A DNA stretch of 64,000 nucleotides from Patescibacteria group bacterium (GTDB lineage: Bacteria; Patescibacteriota; Patescibacteriia; UBA1558; GWA2-36-10), in NCBI GenBank assembly GCA_018819405.1, contig JAHJQF010000001.1, positions 98,097 through 162,096 of the forward strand. Reading direction: 5' to 3'. This document shows positions 8,911 through 18,330 of the stretch, one piece after another. Numbering within the stretch: the first letter of the stretch is position 1; the number at the start of each line of letters is the position of its first letter. Position numbers and translations under genes: made by a program. Under the pieces are notes generated by a model, which saw only the letters and a list, made by a program, of their open reading frames with translations, was not told where the DNA came from and did not search any database.

Positions 8911-8989
8911 GTCATTGCGAGGAGCGAATAAAATGAGCGACGCGGCAATCTAAAAACTTCTAGATTACTTCGCTGCCGCTCGTAATGAC
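8911..8989 (-). repeat. GTCATT(A/G)CGA...TCGCAATGAC palindromic repeat, copy 2
   Basis: Reverse complement aligns with 5503-5578. Confidence 0.75.
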
Positions 8990-9019
8990 GTGTTAACATT
9001 ATAACAAATCCTCATATTT

Positions 9020-11020
9020 TTACCAATCATCTACACTAGGCAAAAAACTACCTTCTTCTGGTGTATATTCTACTCCGTCTTCAGCCGCAAAGGTCACGCT
9101 TCTGGCCAAATCATTGTACTGCAAAAGACGACTATCAATATCTACTACAAAAGGGGATGGCTTCATTTGTTTTAATCCGTCATATCTAATCATCGCCAGA
9201 GGATAGGTCAAAAACAAATATTTTTCTGCCCTAGTGACAGCTACATAAAATAGACGACGCTCCTCTTCTCTCTCTTCTTCACTGACTGATAAGGGATGAG
9301 GAAAAGACTGGTCAGTCATAGACATCACAAATACGGCCGGCCATTCCAGGCCTTTGGCCTGATGGACAGTAGATAGTACTACAGCATTTTGATTTTGTTC
9401 TCTATTTTGTTTGGCCGAATAGCTTTCTTGCAGACTTATTTCATTCAAAAATAGTTCCAAAGAATCATACTCAGTGGCAAAAAGAGCCAGCTGCTCCAAA
9501 TCATCCTGACGATATTTATAATCTGTATATTTACTCATCAAATAAAAACTATACTGATTAATAATAATAGCCAACAGCTTACTGAGATTTTCATCTTTGT
9601 GCTGCAATAAGGCCTCAAGAGTGACTATTAATTCGCTCCAGCTCTTAGCAGCTTTACTGGCTATCTCAATTTTAAAATCCAAAATATCTTCCAATTTATC
9701 AAGAGCCGATATTTTTTGATAAATAAGTTGGGCTGTCACCGCACCAATACCTTCGTACATATGAAGCACTCTCATCCAGGACACTTCATCACGAAAATTA
9801 CCCAGCACTTTAAGATATGCCAAGACATCTTTGACGTGAGCTCTTTCAAAAAAACGAAGACCACCTCTCATCTCATAATTTATGCCTCGACGATTGAGCT
9901 CCATTTCTAGAGCCCGACTGTGTGACGAGGCACGAAATAAAACAGCTATATCAGATTCTCTCATACCCCTTTCAATCAACTCCTCTATCTTGTCAGCAAT
10001 ATAACTAGCTTCTTGATTGTGACTCATCAAAGCTACTAGTTCTGGCCGGACATGAGCTTCTTTGACCGCTTTTAGATTTTTGGCAAATTGATAATTATTG
10101 GCCTTTATAATATCGTTGGCCAGATCCAATATCTCCGGTGTAGATCGATAATTTGTTTCTAGTTTATATATTTTGGTATTACTAAATCTATCCGGAAACT
10201 CCAAAATATTTCTGATATCAGCTGCTCGAAAAGAATATATACTCTGAGCATCATCACCGACTGCCAAAATATTTTTGTGTGTTTGAGCCAGATTAAAAAT
10301 AATTTCAGCCTGAATAGTATTGGTATCCTGATACTCATCTACTAATATATAATCCCACTTGTCTTGAAGTTTTTTTGATACTTCTGGATGTTCGGTCATT
10401 GCTTTCCAAAAAATAAGCAAATCATCAAAATCCAAAACATTGGATTCTTTTTTTCGGCGCTGATACTCACCAGCTATTTTTTCAAAAATTTCCAAAAGCG
10501 GCATCCACTCGGGAAATTTGGTTTCCAGGGCTTCTTCAATACTGAGTTTACTGTTGGTGGCAAAGCTGATTGTTTCTTTAAATAGACTAGCTGATGGCTT
10601 ATTTTTTTCTGACATATTAACTAGCATTTCTTTGGATATCATTTTTATCAAACTTTCACTGTCATCACTATCCATTATAGTAAAATTTGGTTCAACTCCT
10701 ATTGCTTTGCCATATATTCTCAAAAGCCTGTTTGCTACACTGTGGAATGTCCCGCCCCAAAGAGGAAATTTAGCATCTTTTCTTATGCCCAAAAGATGCC
10801 TGACTCTAGCTATCATCTCACTGGCTGCTTTATTGGTAAAAGTAAGGAGTAATATCCGAGCCGGATCTACTCCACTATCTACCAGCCAAGCGGCCCGATA
10901 GGTCAGGGTTCTAGTTTTGCCACTACCAGCGCCAGCCAAAACTAAATGAGGCCCTTTACCTGAAGTAACGACCTCGTATTGTTCTTTGTTTAGTTCATTT
11001 TTGAAATCCAATTGACTCAT
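9020..11020 (-). CDS. UvrD/PcrA-family SF1 DNA helicase
   Basis: LAGAGSGKT, TFTNKAA, VDEYQD, VGDDAQSIY, NYRS, TVHQAKGLEW, EERRLFYVAVTRA; ATG at 11020. Confidence 0.93.
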   Translation of the reverse strand: MSQLDFKNELNKEQYEVVTSGKGPHLVLAGAGSGKTRTLTYRAAWLVDSGVDPARILLLTFTNKAASEMIARVRHLLGIRKDAKFPLWGGTFHSVANRLLRIYGKAIGVEPNFTIMDSDDSESLIKMISKEMLVNMSEKNKPSASLFKETISFATNSKLSIEEALETKFPEWMPLLEIFEKIAGEYQRRKKESNVLDFDDLLIFWKAMTEHPEVSKKLQDKWDYILVDEYQDTNTIQAEIIFNLAQTHKNILAVGDDAQSIYSFRAADIRNILEFPDRFSNTKIYKLETNYRSTPEILDLANDIIKANNYQFAKNLKAVKEAHVRPELVALMSHNQEASYIADKIEELIERGMRESDIAVLFRASSHSRALEMELNRRGINYEMRGGLRFFERAHVKDVLAYLKVLGNFRDEVSWMRVLHMYEGIGAVTAQLIYQKISALDKLEDILDFKIEIASKAAKSWSELIVTLEALLQHKDENLSKLLAIIINQYSFYLMSKYTDYKYRQDDLEQLALFATEYDSLELFLNEISLQESYSAKQNREQNQNAVVLSTVHQAKGLEWPAVFVMSMTDQSFPHPLSVSEEEREEERRLFYVAVTRAEKYLFLTYPLAMIRYDGLKQMKPSPFVVDIDSRLLQYNDLARSVTFAAEDGVEYTPEEGSFLPSVDDW

Positions 11021-11095
11021 AGTAGAAGTATTATAACTAATCATTGATTTTTATACAAATCTATGATTTAATGCCCTAGTTATTAAACAAAATTT

Positions 11096-12157
11096 ATGTC
11101 TTTTTCCCTAGGAATTGTCGGCCTACCAAATGTCGGCAAATCAACACTATTTCAAGCATTAACCAGAAACAAGGTAGAAGCCAGTAACTACCCTTTTTGT
11201 ACTATTGATCCCAATGTCGGCGTGGTGGCAGTGCCAGACGAACGACTGGAAAAATTGGCTTTGATGTCAAAATCCGCCAAAATAATTCCCACCACCATTG
11301 AATTTGTGGACATTGCCGGACTAGTCAAGGGCGCGTCAGAAGGAGAAGGATTAGGTAACAAGTTTTTGGCTCACATTAGAGAGGTGGACGCCATAGTGCA
11401 AGTGGTCCGACGCTTTGAAGACAAAAATGTCACTCATGTCCATGGCAATATTGATCCGGAATATGACAAACAAATAATTAACCTAGAGCTTATTCTAGCC
11501 GACCTTGATACAGTGACTAAGACTTATGACAAAGTGGTCTCCAAAATAAAAGGCCCTCATGACAAGCAACTTGACGCAGAAAAAATAGTTTTGGAACGTG
11601 TCAAAGAAGTATTAGAAAACAATCAATTGGCTAATACTCTAGAATTTAAACCTGAAGAAAAAAAATTACTACGTGGCTACAATCTTTTGACTACCAAGCC
11701 AATTATATACCTATACAATATAGACGAAGTTGATTTGTCCGCCGACTTGGGACTGCCGGAAAACACTATTCCTATTTGCGCCAAAATAGAAGCTGAGCTA
11801 GCTGATTTGGAAGCAAACGAAGCCAAAGAGTATCTCAAAGAATTGGGTATTGCCAAAAGCGGCTTGGACAATCTGATTACTGCTAGTTACAAATTACTTA
11901 ATCTCATTACCTTTATTACCACCGGCCCGGAAGAAACCAGAGCCTGGACAGTGGAAGATGGCGCCAAAGCCCCACAAGCGGCTGGAGTGATTCATACCGA
12001 CTTTGCCAAAGGCTTTATCAGAGCCGAAGTCATAAATTGGCAGACCCTACTAGATGATGGCGGCTGGAATCAGGCCAAAGAAAAAGGACATATGCGTATG
12101 GAAGGCAAAGAATATATTATCAAAGATGGTGATACTGTCCATTTTCATTTTAACTAA
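11096..12157 (+). CDS. ychF: Ribosome-binding ATPase YchF
   Basis: [38 protein letters not shown]. Confidence 0.97.
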   Translation: MSFSLGIVGLPNVGKSTLFQALTRNKVEASNYPFCTIDPNVGVVAVPDERLEKLALMSKSAKIIPTTIEFVDIAGLVKGASEGEGLGNKFLAHIREVDAIVQVVRRFEDKNVTHVHGNIDPEYDKQIINLELILADLDTVTKTYDKVVSKIKGPHDKQLDAEKIVLERVKEVLENNQLANTLEFKPEEKKLLRGYNLLTTKPIIYLYNIDEVDLSADLGLPENTIPICAKIEAELADLEANEAKEYLKELGIAKSGLDNLITASYKLLNLITFITTGPEETRAWTVEDGAKAPQAAGVIHTDFAKGFIRAEVINWQTLLDDGGWNQAKEKGHMRMEGKEYIIKDGDTVHFHFN

Positions 12158-12159
12158 AT

Positions 12160-13872
12160 TTAATTACTAGCAATTTCCCACAAAGCCTGGCTGTTGTTTT
12201 GATCAACGGCTATTTGTTTTGCCTTCAATTCTTCGGCTTGTGGCCAGCAGAGACTAGCTATCACGTATTTTTGATTTGGCAATTCATTATTAGAGCTATC
12301 AAAGGGAATTAACCGAGATTTTAAAAGCAAAAATTGCCAACGATCAAAATTTCTGGAATAAGTATACGAATCCATAGTAGTAAATATTTTATCCCCTACA
12401 CAGGTACGCCTTGTCATATCATAGTTTAAGCTGTCTATTTTTTCATTAATCACCAGAAACGCTAAATTATTATACTGCTCAAACAAGTTTGTTCTTACGG
12501 CTATATTGTATGAATAATACATGTAATTCATTAATAAATAAAAAAACATCAGCATCAATAAACCATATATAAATCTATTACTAAAAAATCTCCAAAGAAT
12601 AATTATTACTAGTATTGATAGAGAAGTGATCTTAATAATTTTTACACCACCAAAAGTAATTATCCAGGCAAATAATCCTGGTATATTAAATAAAAGCGAA
12701 TGACCACGTAAAAAATCGGCGGCTAGAAAATGCAAAATTATAGCTATACTAGCCAACATGACCAAAACAAAAATATAGTTTCTTAACCTAAAAAACTCTT
12801 TATAGATAGCCCATAAACCAAACAAAATCCACAACAATAAAAATGGATCATTATGTCTACCATAAATCACTATATCTGCTCTACCGCTACTTGCTGAAAA
12901 AAATAAAACTGAAACACCAAAAATTGTTAAAGATAAAAATAAAAACAATGAGAAAAATATATAAAAATTATTAGTCAAAAACTTTTTTTTATCTTTTTTG
13001 AATCCTCTCAAAATATTTTTTACCACATAAAAAAAGGCCAGGGGGAATATTCCAAAACTAGCTATACATAAATATAATACCTGACCAAAAAACTTAGAAA
13101 ATATATATCTTATTTCTGACCAAGAAAAAATCCTAACCAACACATCCAAAATACTATACACATTAGGATCTGTCCAAGCCTTGGCTAAAATATATCCATT
13201 ATAAATATAGGACATGGTAAATAAACCTAAAATAATCAATAGACTGAATATAGTTTTAGGCCAAGCAAATCTTTTTAAAATTGCCAATATAATCAAGATC
13301 ACAACTACAACAAATACCAATGGTAAAGCCCTGAGATGAATAGCATAAAGAGAACCAAAAAATATACTAAAAAATATAAAATTGATATAAGATTCGTTTT
13401 TTAAAACTCGCCAAAATAATACAAAAGATAGGGTCATTATAAATGCAAACAGTGACTCTGAAGTAGCGGTACTAGCATACATAAATAATGATGGATAAAG
13501 GCAAGCCGCAAAAGAAATAAGAGCCGCTATTTTTTTATCAGCTGAAAATATATTCCTCAATAAATAATAAAACAAAAATACCAAAGCGCTAGCTAAAATG
13601 GCATTAAACAACAAGGCTATTTTATAAATCAATATAGCATTAGAAAAAATCAAAAATAATGGGCTGAGTAAAAGCCCATAACCAAAAGTACCGAAAGAAT
13701 GCTCTATAAAATAAAAATTAATGCCCGTGGCAAAATAACGAGCATGAGCCAAAACTATCACTTCGTCAGGAATAACATTTGGAGTATAAAAAGATCTATT
13801 ATAAAAAATATGCAACAAAAGCAAAATTAAAAAAAGGATAAATACTAATCTTTTTTTGAAAAATCCTGACAT
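12160..13872 (-). CDS. Polytopic membrane protein, probable GT-C glycosyltransferase (paralog 1)
   Basis: PDE motif after the first TM helix, many TM helices, YGRHN; paralogous to the next gene. Confidence 0.65.
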   Translation of the reverse strand: MSGFFKKRLVFILFLILLLLHIFYNRSFYTPNVIPDEVIVLAHARYFATGINFYFIEHSFGTFGYGLLLSPLFLIFSNAILIYKIALLFNAILASALVFLFYYLLRNIFSADKKIAALISFAACLYPSLFMYASTATSESLFAFIMTLSFVLFWRVLKNESYINFIFFSIFFGSLYAIHLRALPLVFVVVVILIILAILKRFAWPKTIFSLLIILGLFTMSYIYNGYILAKAWTDPNVYSILDVLVRIFSWSEIRYIFSKFFGQVLYLCIASFGIFPLAFFYVVKNILRGFKKDKKKFLTNNFYIFFSLFLFLSLTIFGVSVLFFSASSGRADIVIYGRHNDPFLLLWILFGLWAIYKEFFRLRNYIFVLVMLASIAIILHFLAADFLRGHSLLFNIPGLFAWIITFGGVKIIKITSLSILVIIILWRFFSNRFIYGLLMLMFFYLLMNYMYYSYNIAVRTNLFEQYNNLAFLVINEKIDSLNYDMTRRTCVGDKIFTTMDSYTYSRNFDRWQFLLLKSRLIPFDSSNNELPNQKYVIASLCWPQAEELKAKQIAVDQNNSQALWEIASN

Positions 13873-13896
13873 TTTTTTATTATAAAAAATTAATTA

Positions 13897-15618
13897 TTAC
13901 TCTACAGTCCACAAAGCCTGGCCATTTTTTTGATCAACGGCTATTTGTTTTGCTGCCAATTCTTCGGCTTGCGGCCAACAAACACTAGAAACTACAAATT
14001 CATTTATTGGTTTTTCATTTTTTTGACTAGAAAAAGGATCAAATCTTGTACCCAACAATAAAAATTGCCAACGATCAAAATTACGAGGATAATCATGCAT
14101 ACCTCTCAAAGCTACAGACACTTTAGCATCACAAACATAATTTGTCATATCATAAGATAAATTTTTAATGCCTTTTTCATCTATTATATAAGCCAAATCA
14201 TTAAAATTACTAAGAGCCACCCTCATAGCCTTCATATAAGAATGATTAATGCTGTTCATTAAGACAAAAATTATAACAATAGCAACCAGGCCATTGTAAA
14301 AACTTTTTTTAAAATAAAAAATAAGCAAAGTAAATAGCGCTATACTAATCAATGAAATAATAAACAATTTTAGGCCTTGTAAAATAATAGCCAGAGGAAA
14401 GACGCCTGAAGTATTAAACATCAATATAGTGTCTTGGGAATAATCTCCTCTATTTATGGATATAATAAACCCTAAAACCAATAGACTAAATAAAGAAAAA
14501 ATTATATTTTTTCTACTAACCTTATTTTTATAAAAAGCTACTATACCTATAGCCAAAAACAATATAAAAAATATCTCATTATGCCGGCCATATATGACTG
14601 CATCCAATCTCTCAGAAAAAACCATAAAAAGACTAGAGCTAAAAAACATTGCTCCCGACAATAAAAATAAAAATATAAGCACGAGCGCTTTATTATCTGC
14701 TAAAATACTCTTGCCTTTGGATTTTATTGAAGTATACAAATAGTTGACCAAATAAAATATTGCCACAAAAAATAGACCAAAACTAGAAATGCCTAGATAT
14801 AAAAATTGCCCCAAGAGATTATAAAAAAATATTTCCAAACCGCGCCAAGTCAAGAGCTTGCTAAAAGTATAGCTAAGAGAATATGGCACCAAGTCCTGCC
14901 AACCCAATAATAATAAATGACTATTTATTTGTCGAGTCACAAAAAACAATGCTAGACAAATAATAATAGACCAAATAACTTTTTTGAGCTCTATTACTCT
15001 TAAAATAGCCAATATAATTAACACCAAAAAAGCGGCTGCTATAAAAGCCAGCGACCTTACATGGACTGTATAAAGGAAGCCGAGATTTAGCCCAAAAAAT
15101 ATAAAATATTTGAGCTCTTTGCGCTCTAAAATTTTCCAAAACAACAAAATTAATAAAACAAATAAAACAAAAGATATAGTCTCTGTAATAACTAAAGAGG
15201 CTTGAGTAAAAATAGCTGGATATAAAGAAGTAACAAAAGCTATTGCCATTGCCTTTTCTTTGGCAATATTAAACAAATCTTTTATAAATAAATATATCAG
15301 CCAAAACAACAAAACACACAATAAACTATTTAAAATCAAGGCCGCTTTGTATACCAAAAATGGATTGGAAAAAAACAATAGTATTGGCGTAATAAATAAA
15401 GGAAAACCAAAACTACCAAAAGCAGCGTTGACATAAGAAAAAGAGTGCCCGCTAAAAAAATAATAAGCATGGCCAAGATATATTGTCTCATCCGGTACTA
15501 CGATTGGCTCGCTAAAACCCCAATTGTAGCCAATATGAAATAAAAATACCAAGATAATATAAATAAATATATTATTTGGTATAACACTTATAGTGTTTTC
15601 TAAACTAAAATTTTTCAC
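13897..15618 (-). CDS. Polytopic membrane protein, probable GT-C glycosyltransferase (paralog 2)
   Basis: VVPDE motif, YGRHN, shared C-terminus RNFDRWQFLLL...CWPQAEEL. Confidence 0.65.
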   Translation of the reverse strand: MKNFSLENTISVIPNNIFIYIILVFLFHIGYNWGFSEPIVVPDETIYLGHAYYFFSGHSFSYVNAAFGSFGFPLFITPILLFFSNPFLVYKAALILNSLLCVLLFWLIYLFIKDLFNIAKEKAMAIAFVTSLYPAIFTQASLVITETISFVLFVLLILLFWKILERKELKYFIFFGLNLGFLYTVHVRSLAFIAAAFLVLIILAILRVIELKKVIWSIIICLALFFVTRQINSHLLLLGWQDLVPYSLSYTFSKLLTWRGLEIFFYNLLGQFLYLGISSFGLFFVAIFYLVNYLYTSIKSKGKSILADNKALVLIFLFLLSGAMFFSSSLFMVFSERLDAVIYGRHNEIFFILFLAIGIVAFYKNKVSRKNIIFSLFSLLVLGFIISINRGDYSQDTILMFNTSGVFPLAIILQGLKLFIISLISIALFTLLIFYFKKSFYNGLVAIVIIFVLMNSINHSYMKAMRVALSNFNDLAYIIDEKGIKNLSYDMTNYVCDAKVSVALRGMHDYPRNFDRWQFLLLGTRFDPFSSQKNEKPINEFVVSSVCWPQAEELAAKQIAVDQKNGQALWTVE

Positions 15619-15730
15619 AAATTATATTTTTTTATAAATGTAACTATATAGTAACATATATCTACGATAAATTAAACGCAGCCTTGATTTAATTTTTGAT
15701 TACTGGTTTAATTGCTATATAATAAAAAAT

Positions 15731-16711
15731 ATGAAATTAATCATCCAAATTCCAGCTTATAATGAAGAAAAAACCATCGCCGATATTATCAAAAATATAC
15801 CAAAAAATATTGATAATATAGATAAAATAGAAATATTGGTGATGGACGACGGTTCAAGTGACCAAACAGCTAATTTGTCACGGCAGGCGGGAGCCAATTA
15901 TGTATTTAGCCGCAAAAAAAACATTGGGCTAGGTAATAATTTTAAATCTGGTATTGATGCCACCCTAAAATTGGGTGCCGATATAATAGTAAATATAGAT
16001 GGTGATGGACAATTTGACCCTCAAGATATACCTAAATTAGTAAAACCTATAGTCGAAAAAGAAGCCCAAATGGTAACTGGCTCAAGATTTTTGGATAAAA
16101 ATACTAGCAAAAATGTGCCCTGGCTGAAAAGAATGGGCAATAAATATTTTAGCAAGCTGATTTCTCAAATCACCGGCCAAAAATTCAGCGATACTCAATG
16201 CGGTTTCAGGGCCTATTCCAAAGAAGCAGCTCTGCAACTCAATTTGTTTGGAAAATTTACCTACACACAAGAAGCTTTTATTGACCTGGCCGAAAAAGGC
16301 ATTAAAATAGTTGAAGTGCCAATAGCTGTAAAATACTTCAAAGAAAGAAAATCAAAAATATCCGGTAACCTAATATTTTATGGTTTTAGAAGTCTAGGTA
16401 TAATTGCCAATACTACTCGAGATACTCAACCACTATCCTTTTTTGGTGTTCCGGGATTATTACTTTTTGTGTTTGGTTTTGCTGGTGGACTGTTTTCTTT
16501 TGTTTACTGGATAATATATCTAGTTACCACTCCCATAAAAACTCTATTTATAGTATCGGTATTTTTTATGACTTTTGGCACCCTACTTATTATCTTCGGG
16601 CTATTAGCCGATATGATAAAAAGAGTCAAAAAAACACAGGAAAAAATCCTATATCACCTGAGAAAGAAAGAATTTGACAAATTTAGAGAAAATTCTGAAT
16701 CAAAAAATTAG
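15731..16711 (+). CDS. GT2 glycosyltransferase (DPM1-like, C-terminal TM helices)
   Basis: IPAYNEE, DDGSSD, IDGDGQ, DTQCGFRA. Confidence 0.9.
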   Translation: MKLIIQIPAYNEEKTIADIIKNIPKNIDNIDKIEILVMDDGSSDQTANLSRQAGANYVFSRKKNIGLGNNFKSGIDATLKLGADIIVNIDGDGQFDPQDIPKLVKPIVEKEAQMVTGSRFLDKNTSKNVPWLKRMGNKYFSKLISQITGQKFSDTQCGFRAYSKEAALQLNLFGKFTYTQEAFIDLAEKGIKIVEVPIAVKYFKERKSKISGNLIFYGFRSLGIIANTTRDTQPLSFFGVPGLLLFVFGFAGGLFSFVYWIIYLVTTPIKTLFIVSVFFMTFGTLLIIFGLLADMIKRVKKTQEKILYHLRKKEFDKFRENSESKN

Positions 16712-17765
16712 CCACAATTCTGGAAGGATTAATTGCCTCGTCTTTCGGGTATAATTTATAGCTGTAGTAATTACTTACAAAATCTTCTACAGTTTTTTTA
16801 TTATAGCCAGAAAGCACAGCATTTTGTCCCAAGCCTTCTTGCCTCTCAGTTTTTTGTCTCAATATCAAACAAGGCTTACCTAGATAAAAACTCTCCTCTT
16901 GATTGCTCCCACCATCAGTAATAATAAATTCGGCCTTATCCATTAATTTTATAAAATCAAAATAATCATACCGTGGCCTGAGTTCTATATTTTTATTATT
17001 TTTTAACCTGTTATAAAAATCAAATTTTCTTAATTTATCCTTAGTAGGCGGGTGTAATATAAACAAAAGCTTTATACTATCAGCTGTATCCTCTATCAGC
17101 TCAATCAAAGACAAAAATCTATTTTTTTTGAAAACATTTTCAAAACGATGCAATGATACAATGGCAAATTTTTCCTGAGGGATATCCAGATTTTGTTTAG
17201 TATCGCTATCTATAGCTAATTTGACTGAATCATAAAGAGTATTATAAATTGTATCTATTTTTTTACCTTTATATTTTTCTAAATTGCCCATCGCCCAAGC
17301 TCCTGGACAAAAATAATAATCAGTTAAGTGAAAAGTAAGATACCTAAATATTTCTTCTGGAAAAGGGTGAAAAAAATTAAAAGATCTAAGACCTGATTCT
17401 AAATGGCTATTTTTTAATCCAGCCAGCTTGGCCAATATTGACCCCAAGAGAGTAGTAAAAGTATCACCATGATTGATGACAATTCCATTTTTATCATCTT
17501 TAAATATTTCTTTTTTGTTTTTCAAAAATTTAAAAATAATTTTGCCGCCCCATGCAATCATCTGACTGACTTTGACAATGTCTGGACCTGAATATAAAAC
17601 AATGTCTGGTTTTTTGACTCCAAAATTTTCCATCAGATCATCCATAGTCTCTTTATGCTGACCACTGATAATAAAATTGTAATCAACGCCCCTGTCTTGA
17701 AGTTCTTTCATCAAGGGAGCCACTTTGATAAGCTGGGCTTTTGTGCCTATTATGATATGAATCAT
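16683..17765 (-). CDS. UDP-N-acetylglucosamine 2-epimerase family protein
   Basis: IIGTKAQLIK, GQH, HGDT, HLESGLRS, FPEE, HRFEN, TDGGSNQEE, TER. Confidence 0.88.
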   Translation of the reverse strand: MIHIIIGTKAQLIKVAPLMKELQDRGVDYNFIISGQHKETMDDLMENFGVKKPDIVLYSGPDIVKVSQMIAWGGKIIFKFLKNKKEIFKDDKNGIVINHGDTFTTLLGSILAKLAGLKNSHLESGLRSFNFFHPFPEEIFRYLTFHLTDYYFCPGAWAMGNLEKYKGKKIDTIYNTLYDSVKLAIDSDTKQNLDIPQEKFAIVSLHRFENVFKKNRFLSLIELIEDTADSIKLLFILHPPTKDKLRKFDFYNRLKNNKNIELRPRYDYFDFIKLMDKAEFIITDGGSNQEESFYLGKPCLILRQKTERQEGLGQNAVLSGYNKKTVEDFVSNYYSYKLYPKDEAINPSRIVANFLIQNFL

Positions 17766-17841
17766 GATATTACTTTATCATATAGTAAAATATCTGCAAA
17801 TATCTTTTTAATCCTGAACCAATATGTGCTATAATGTATTT

Positions 17842-18038
17842 GTAGTAGTTCATTGTTTTACTTCTTTAGCAAATAGTAGCTACACTAAAATCGCACAAAT
17901 GCACAAAGTGCTAGAAATAAAAACAAAACAATCTTAGTGAACTACTACCTTGCTCTGAAGACAATTAACAACTGAATATGGAAAACGTGGAAGTTTTCTA
18001 AAACTCCGTCGACATTGGGGCCGACGGAGTTTATTTTT
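17842..18038 (+). ncRNA. Candidate structured ncRNA of unknown class
   Basis: Extended -10 TGCTATAAT at 17827-17835; GTAGTAGTTCA (17842) pairs with TGAACTACTAC (17938-17948); terminator hairpin 18001-18032 plus T-run; no substantial ORF. Confidence 0.4.
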
Positions 18039-18100
18039 GCCAATTTTGCCTATGAACGAAGTGAGTAGTTACAAAATTGAGCACCTCGCGCAAACGGGGT
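18039..18100 (+). repeat. Left copy of ~60-bp two-hairpin repeat flanking the wHTH-PEP gene
   Basis: 36 of the first 45 positions match the reverse complement of 20232-20275, with a compensatory stem change. Confidence 0.65.
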
Positions 18101-18193
18101 AAAGCCAAGTAGCTTAAATATATATTCTTGACATACAATGAAAATAATGATAAAAATTGTTTATAAGACAATAAAATTAGTTTGATAGACAAA

Positions 18194-18329
18194 TTCACCC
18201 CGTTAAATAAATTCAATTTAATGGGTGATAATAGAAACCATATAGTATATTTTTAAAAAACATACAATAAACTAGCTAATTAATTGAATTTAAAATTTAA
18301 GAAACTTAAATTTTATTTAACGGGGTAAA
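18194..18329. repeat. ACCCCGTTA-family palindromic element, copy 2
   Basis: ACCCCGTTAAATAAA (18197-18211)/TTTATTTAACGGGGT (18312-18326) with internal stems. Confidence 0.75.
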
Positions 18330-18330
18330 T

